Shown here: piece after piece, positions 56,771 through 64,000 of the stretch
Layout: the number at the start of each line of letters is the position of its first letter
Numbering within the stretch: the stretch's first letter is position 1
Assembly: GCA_964016885.1 (NCBI GenBank)
Contig: OZ024753.1
Span: forward strand, 7,564,001 to 7,628,000
Length of the DNA: 64,000 nucleotides
Reading direction: 5' to 3'
From: Eledone cirrhosa
Lineage: Eukaryota
Translations under genes and position numbers: made by a program
Notes under the pieces: generated by a model
What the model was told of the DNA's origin: nothing
Seen by the model: only the letters and a program-made list of their open reading frames with translations
Database searches by the model: none

Positions 56771-56840
<70 letters not shown>

Positions 56841-56847
56841 TATGCAT

Positions 56848-56878
<31 letters not shown>

Positions 56879-56899
56879 CATATAATACATATATATACA

Positions 56900-57141
56900 T
56901 ATAATTGTTTCTACTATTGGCACAAGGCCAGAAAATTACCCAGTACATTACTGGTACTTTATTTTATCGACCCCGTAAGGATGAAAGGCAAAGTTAACCT
57001 CGGCGGGATTTGAACTCAGAATGGCAAGGGCCGTAACTCTATGCGTCAAAGCATATATATACGTATATATAATACATATATATACATATATATACGTATA
57101 TATATACATATAATACATATATATACATATAGTACATATAT

Positions 57142-57199
<58 letters not shown>

Positions 57200-58003
57200 A
57201 TATATATACATATATACATATATACATATATATACAAATATATATCTCTCTCTCTAGTAATTCAATTAAATATATGGAGGGTGAGAGAGAGAGAGAGGGA
57301 GAAAGAGAGGGGGAGAGAGAGACATATTGACAGACAGACAGAAACAAGAATTACCATTATAATCACACGTGACGTCACATTCTCGTCTTCTGGATTCAAC
57401 TTTGTGTCTGTGTATGTGTGTGCATGCGTGCATGCGTGTATGTGTGTGCATGCGTGCATGTGTGTGTGTGTGTGTTCAATTTTTTGGTTTGGCAATATCG
57501 GTAAAGCGTCAGACGCCATGCTTTGCAACACAGAGTCATGGCCCTTTACGTTCTGAGTTCAAATCCCGCCGAGGTTAACTTTGCCTTTCGTCCTTACGGG
57601 TGTTGATAAAATAAAGTACCAGTAATACACTGTAATAATTGCTGGCCTTGTGCCAAAAGTAGAAACAATTATTATTATTATTATTAGCATAGAGTTATCG
57701 CCCTTTACGTTCTGAGTTCAAATCCACCTAGGATAGCTTTGGCTTTCTTCCTTACGAGGTCGATGTAACAACGTACCAGTAATACACTGGGGTAATTGCT
57801 GGCCTTGTGCCAAAAGTAGAAAGAAATATTTATATTGGATTGGCTGAATCGGTAGAGTGTCGGACAACATGCATTTTGACATATAGTTCCGGCCGTTTAT
57901 GTTCTCAGTTCAAATCTCGCCGACGTTAGCTATTTCATACTTACGGGGTCGATAAAATAAAGTACCACTAGTTGCTGGCCTTGTGCTAAAACTAGAAACA
58001 ATT
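56900..58003. mobile_element. SINE family 1 cluster: minus copy 56900-57053; plus copies 57488-57670, 57687-57825, 57838-58003
   Basis: Four copies of the family 1 motif. Confidence 0.75.
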
Positions 58004-58007
58004 GTTA

Positions 58008-58315
58008 TACAGATTATAACGAACGCCATTGTAACGAATATTTCAGTAAAACGAATTTTTTTTTCAATACCGGTCACACTTTCATTGTGTTAGCTCGATC
58101 TTGGTATAAAGAATTTTTCGTTACAACGAATTGTTTATGCCCTGTGTATTTCGCTATAACGAATACCATTGTAATGAATATTTCAGTAAAACGAATTTTT
58201 TTTTTTAAATCCCGACCACACGCTCGTTGTGTTAACTCGATGTTGTTATAAAGAATTTTTCGTTACAACGAATTTGTTATGCCTTGTGAATTCCGTTATA
58301 ACGGAATTTTACTAT
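58008..58315. mobile_element. Tigger/pogo-like MITE with internal ~148-bp duplication
   Basis: Related to 33746-33935. CCATTGTAA..TTCAGTAAAACGAATTTT occurs at 58027 and 58166. Confidence 0.5.
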
Positions 58316-58589
58316 ATTATTGTTCATTTCTCCTCGCTGCTTTCATTTACGCCTGTTGATTTAACTGTAAAAACGCTAGACATATCATTACCTATGATTG
58401 ATGTCGCCATTTTTGGGCGGGGAAAAATCATAAACTTTATCAAATGCATTGACAATCCTCCTCCAGTTGAGCTTTGGCAGACATTTGCAATACACAAACG
58501 CTTGTAATGGCGGCGTATTGCCAGACTAAATGATTTAATATATATGTTATTGAATATGTATTGGTGTTGTGTGTGGTGTTGTGTGTGGT

Positions 58590-59270
58590 GTGTGTCACGT
58601 TGTGCTCTGTTGTGTCCCCTTTGAGACATGCATCATGTGTGTGTGTGTGTGTGGTGTGTGGGGGGGGGGGGGGGGGGGGGTGGGGGGTGATGGTGGTCGT
58701 TGTGTTGTGTCACGTTGTGCTCTGTTGTGTCCCTTTGAGACATGCATCATGTGTGTGTGTGTGTTTGTGTATGTGTGTGTGTGTATGTGCTGTGTGGTAG
58801 TTGTGTTGTGTCACGTTGTGCTCTGTTGTGTCCCCTTTGAGACATGCATCATGTGTGTGTGGGGGGGTGCTGTGTGGTAGTTGTGTTGAGTCACGTTGTG
58901 CTCTGTTGTGTCACCTTTGAGACATGCATCATGTGTGTGTGGGGGGGGGGGTGCTGTGTGGTAGTTGTGTTGAGTCACGTTGTGCTCTGTTGTGTCCCCT
59001 TTGAGACATGCATCATGTGTGTGTGTGGGGGGGGGGTGCTGTGTGGTAGTTGTGCTTGAGTCACGTTGTGCTCTGTTGTGTCCCCTTTGAGACATGCATC
59101 ATGTGTGTGTGTGGGGGGGGTGCTGTGTGGTAGTTGTGTTGAGTCACGTTGTGCTCTGTTGTGTCACCTTTGAGACATGCATCATGTGTGTGTGGGGGGG
59201 GGGTGCTGTGTGGTAGTTGTGTTGAGTCACGTTGTGCTCTGTTGTGTCACCTTTGAGACATGCATCATGT
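58590..59270. repeat. ~80-bp minisatellite (GTCACGTTGTGCTCTG...GAGACATGCATCAT), 8 copies
   Basis: Direct reading. Confidence 0.9.
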
Positions 59271-59789
59271 GTGTGTGTGTGTGTGTATGTGTGTGTGTGT
59301 ATGTATGTATGTGTATGTATGTATGTGTGTGTGTGTGTGTGTGTGTGTATGTGGTTTTGTGTGCTGTGTGGTAATTGTGCGCTTCTGTATATGTGTGTGT
59401 GTGTGTATGTGTGTGGGGGTGTGTGCTTCTGTGTGTTTGTGTGTTGTGTGGTAAATGTGTGCTTATGTGTGTGTGTGTGTGGTGTGTGGTAGTTGTGCTG
59501 TGTCATGTTTGAGACATACACCATGTGAGTGTGAGAGTGTGTGTATGTGTTTGTGTGGTGTGTGTGTGGCCTGTGACATTTGTCTATGTGTATGTATGTG
59601 TGTGGTATGTGTCACGTTTGTCCATATATGTGTGTGTGTCAAATAGAGAGATCTGTAGAAAATGTGTTTTGTAGTTAGAATATAGCAAGGGAAATATTAA
59701 TTCTTATATATCCATCTAGCTACCTATCTATCTTTCTATATGCAGTTGGTCTCGTCCACTACTAAGCTCACTAGATATGAACAATACAT

Positions 59790-60362
59790 ACCTAGCTACC
59801 AACTTGGCTACCTAGTTACATCCTACCTAGCTAGCTAGCTACCTACTTACCTAGATATCAACTTACCTACCTAGCTACATCCCTACCTAGCTAGCTAGCT
59901 ACCTACCTAGTTACATCCCTACCTAGCTAGCTACTTACCTACTACCTACTACCTACCTACCTAGCTAGCTAGCTACCTACCTAGTTACATCCCTACCTAG
60001 CTAGCTACCTACCTACCTACCTACCTACCTACCTACCTACCTAGCTAGCTAGCTACCTACCTAGTTACATCCCTACCTAGCTAGCTAGCTACCTACCTAC
60101 CTACCTACCTACCTAGATATCAACTTACCTACCTAGTTACATCCCTACCTAGCTAGCTAGCTACCTACCTAGTTACATCCCTACCTAGCTAGCTACCTAC
60201 CTACCTACCTACCTAGATATCAACTTACCTACCTAGTTACATCCCCTACCTAGCTACCTACCTACCCTACCTACCTACCTACCTACCTACCTACCTACCT
60301 ACCTACCTACCTACCTACCTACCTACTTACCTACATACCTATATACATACCTACCTACCTAC
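59790..60362. repeat. (CCTA/GCTA)n compound microsatellite
   Basis: Direct reading. Confidence 0.9.
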
Positions 60363-60454
60363 ATACACACATATATACATACAGACAGACTGAGTAGTGG
60401 TGGAATGTTCAAGTCTAAACACAAATAAAATGCAAACATAACAGATCAGATATT

Positions 60455-60654
60455 NNNNNNNNNNNNNNNNNNNNNNNNNNNNNNNNNNNNNNNNNNNNNN
60501 NNNNNNNNNNNNNNNNNNNNNNNNNNNNNNNNNNNNNNNNNNNNNNNNNNNNNNNNNNNNNNNNNNNNNNNNNNNNNNNNNNNNNNNNNNNNNNNNNNNN
60601 NNNNNNNNNNNNNNNNNNNNNNNNNNNNNNNNNNNNNNNNNNNNNNNNNNNNNN
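60455..60654. other. Assembly gap (200 N)
   Basis: Run of N. Confidence 0.99.
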
Positions 60655-61211
60655 TGTCTATAGTTGTACAGGTACTGTAGGGGGAGGTAATGATTTACTG
60701 GTGGTGTTGGTGGTGGTGGTGGTGGTGGTGGTAGTGGTAGTGGTAGTAGTGTTGTTGGTTGTGGTGATGGTGGTGGTGTTGTTGGTAGTGGTGGTGGTGG
60801 TGGTGGTGGTGTTGTTGGTTGTGGTGGTGGTTGTGGTGGTGGTGGAGGTTGTGGTGTTGGTGGTGGTAGTAGTAATAGTGGCGGTTGTGGTGGTGATAGT
60901 AGTAGCGATAGTAGTAGTAGAGGCGGTGACGGTGGTTGTAGTAGTGGTAGTAGTAGAGGTGGTGGTAAAGTTGTAAAACATCTAACCATGTAAAAGAAGA
61001 CTAAGTTCGATGACAGTATCTAAAGTACTTCAACAACAACAACAACATCAACATCAACATCATCATCAACATCAACATACCTTTAAAGACACATTCAGTT
61101 TGTCTGTTGTATTACGTTGTGTTGTATTTGCGAAGAACCTCGTAATGGTTTAATATACAGTAAATCATTTGGTTATTCTATATAGAATATAACAATAACA
61201 ATAATAATAAT

Positions 61212-61532
61212 AATTGTTTCTACGTTTGGCACAAGGCCAGCAAATTACCAGTACATTACTGGTACTTTATTTTATCGACCCCCCGCAAGGATGAAAGGCA
61301 AAGTTAACCTCGGCGGGATTTGAACTCAGACCGTAAAGAGATGTAACTATGCTGGAAAGCATGGCGTCCGACTCACTACCGATACTGCCAATTCACCGCC
61401 CAATAATAATTGTTTCTACTTTAGGCACAAGGCCAGCAATTACCCCAGTGCATTACTGGTACTTTATTTTATCAACCCTGTAAGGATGAAAGGCAAAGTT
61501 AACCTCGGTGGGATTTGAACTCAAACCATAAA
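61212..61532 (-). mobile_element. Two SINE family 1 copies
   Basis: Copies at 61212-61402 (full-length) and 61408-61532 (partial). Confidence 0.78.
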
Positions 61533-61799
61533 GCGGCGTACATACCGTATACACCAGGTCCAAACACAGAGGAGCCGAACTCCCACTGTCATCGCATCCA
61601 TCTCTCTCGCCCTCCCCATCTCTCACTATTATCAGCAAATGGGGTCCCATGGGCTGGCCACCCCACGGCCTCGGCGGACAGAATAGAGAGGGCGCGAGGA
61701 AGCGAGCATTCTACCATAGGGAGGTGGTCTGTGTGAAGGAATGGCTGATGCAGTAAGTGCTGCTGGTTGTTCTCCGTGGGGACATATTCACCATTTTGT

Positions 61800-62545
61800 T
61801 CGTGAGGCGCCGCTGAGATATACCACCCAGGCAAACTGTTCTCCATGATGCACAGCTGAGATATACCACCCAGGCAAACTGTTCTCCATGAGGCACAGCT
61901 GAGATATACCACCCAGGAAAGCTGTTTACCATGAGGCGTAGCTGAGACATACCACCCAGGAAGGTTGTATTCCATGAGTCGTAGTCGAGATATACCGCCA
62001 AAGGTATGCTGTTCTACCGCCCAGGCAAAACTGTTCTCCGTGAAGCGCAGCCGAGATACTCCGTCCACGCAAACTTTTTTTTACCGTGGGACTACTTTCA
62101 CAGTTTTGTCCGTTGGGGCGCTGCTGTCATCTACCGTCCAAGCAAAACTGTTCTCCGTGAGGCGCAGCTGAGATATACCGACCAGGCAATCTGTTTTCCA
62201 TGAGGCGCAGCTAAGATATACACCCAGGAAAGCTGTTTTCCATGAGGCGTAGTGGGAACACTTTCACCGTTTTGTCCGTTGGGGGCGCTGCTAAGATCTA
62301 CCACCCAGGCAAAACTGTTCTCCTAGGGGCACAGTTGAGATATACCACCCAAGCAAGCTGTTCTCCGTGAGGCACAGCCGAGATATAGCACCCAGGCAAG
62401 CTTTTTTTCCGTAGGAACACCCAGGCAAAACTGTTCTCCGTCGGAACACCCAGGCAAAACTGTTCTCTGTCGGGGCGCAGCTGAGATCTACCGTCCAGGC
62501 AAAACTGTTCTACGTGGGGTACAGTTGAGTTATTCCGCCTTGGCA
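61800..62545. repeat. ~43-bp GC-rich tandem repeat (GCTGAGATATACCACCCAGGCAAACTGTTCTCCATGAGGCACA)
   Basis: GCTGAG at 61812, 61855 and 61898; many degenerate units follow. Confidence 0.85.
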
Positions 62546-62832
62546 AGGTTGTAGAGTTTCGCCCCTCTCTTCTCCTTCCTATTTTTCATTATTCAATTTT
62601 TATATTTTCCAGCCCACCCAGCCCGTGCTCTTTTCATTCTTTCATTGCTGTTAAATACTTATAATGGAAAACGTTATATCTCGGGAATATCACAAATTGG
62701 ATGAATTCTATGCCAACTAATCTTTCGTTCCATACTTCCATAAATTCATATTAAACCAACTCCGACCATTCTTTTCTCATTCGTCTCCAAGAAACAGCGA
62801 ATACATGCTGTGTTGTGTGAGATCAAAAGAAT

Positions 62833-62833
62833 C

Positions 62834-62886
<53 letters not shown>

Positions 62887-62952
62887 CAAGAAGAAGAAGA
62901 AGGAGAAGAAGGCGACGACGACGACGACGACGACGAAGAAGAAGAGGAAGAA

Positions 62953-62983
<31 letters not shown>

Positions 62984-63286
62984 AAGAAGAAGAAGAAGAA
63001 GAAGAAGAAGGCGACGACGTCGAAGAAGAAGAAGAAGAAGAAGAAGAAGAAGAAGGAGAAGAAGGAGAAGAAGAAGAAGAAGAAGAAGAAGAAGAAGAAG
63101 AAGAAGAAGAAGAAGAAGAAGGCGACGACGAAGAGAAAAAGGGGACGACGAAGAAGAAGAAGAAGAAGAAGAAGAAGAAGAAGAAGAAGAAGAAGATAAA
63201 GAAGGCGAACAACAACAACAACAGCATGATGGAGATGGTAATGACGAAGATGACTATGACGATGATGATGATGATGATGATGATGA
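62833..63286. repeat. (GTA)n-(GAA)n-(GAT)n compound trinucleotide repeat
   Basis: Direct reading. Confidence 0.95.
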
Positions 63287-63374
63287 TCTGCGGCAACAAT
63301 GTTTGTAGATCGATAATTACAAATGGTTTTTGTAGAATTATTCTTGCCCTTGAGTCTAATAAAAGAAATCAGAA

Positions 63375-63556
63375 ATGGCAGAATGGTTAAAACGTTGGAC
63401 ATTTCTTCCAACACTTTACGTCTAAGTTCAAATCTGGCTGAGGTCAGCTTTGCTTTTCATCTTCCCAGGCTCGATAAAATAAAGTACCGAGAGTGATTTC
63501 CTAAACTTTCCCCTTTCTTCCAGACTTCTAGGCTTATGTCCAAACTGGAAACCATT
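63375..63556 (+). mobile_element. Diverged SINE family 1 copy
   Basis: TGGCAGAATGG, AAGTTCAAATC, GCTTTTCATC..TCGATAAAATAAAGTACC. Confidence 0.6.
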
Positions 63557-64000
63557 GAGGACTGTAAACTGACAGAATCGATAGAGAAACGGAATGGAAG
63601 TATCCATGGCATTTTCTGGCTCTCTGGGGTTAGTAGAGAGAAGTGAAGAAAGTAACTTCAACCCGATGACCTCGCCTGAAATCTTCCAAGATAAAAAAAA
63701 AAAAAAAAGTAGAGTTGATATATATGGTCCCTTAACTCTTGATAGACTTGTAGGGGCGCGCTGTATTGACATACGGCGTTTCTTGAGCATTTTAAGCCTG
63801 GTGGAGTCCTTCCCTCTCCAGGAATGAATACAGCAGATTTCTTCCAGAGAAAGATAGAAAGTGAGGTAGAGGAAATGAGAAAGAGATATAGAGGAAGAAT
63901 CAACCTCAGTATTAGACTGGTATTATATATATATATGTAAAATAAAATAAAGTACCAGTAATGCACTGGGTAATTTGCTGGCCTTGTGCCTAAAGTAGAA

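Noticed and set aside
60351-60989. Pro-rich 212-aa ORF
   Set aside because: Spans a 200-N gap and a (GGT)n repeat.
62746-63414. Poly-K/R/E/D and poly-F/S ORFs
   Set aside because: Compound trinucleotide microsatellite with no unique coding sequence.

Overview
Eukaryotic, AT-rich, repeat-saturated DNA with no recognisable host protein-coding exon. The SINE types and microsatellite load suggest a cephalopod (octopus-like) genome; this is inference. Almost all listed ORFs are translations of microsatellites. The real content is: (i) many copies of two tRNA-derived SINE families; (ii) 3' fragments of non-LTR retrotransposons, each sitting in its own microsatellite type: R4/Dong-like in (TAA)n, L1/Tx1-like in (GATA)n, CRE-like in (TATG)n; (iii) a dense population of short elements in (TA)n tracts that carry type I hammerhead ribozyme (HHR) motifs and fold-back inversions, as expected for Penelope-like element pLTR remnants or retrozymes; (iv) satellites, including a 65-bp array bracketed by ~170-bp direct repeats that occurs twice. 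The most striking object is a 3.6-copy, apparently identical 412-bp tandem array (10423-11907). Each full unit has an intact-looking HHR, the array has a 131-bp 5' inversion, and its 3' end matches two dispersed fragments. It is a candidate non-LTR retrozyme / circRNA-producing element. All structures were read by eye; no folding or database search was run.
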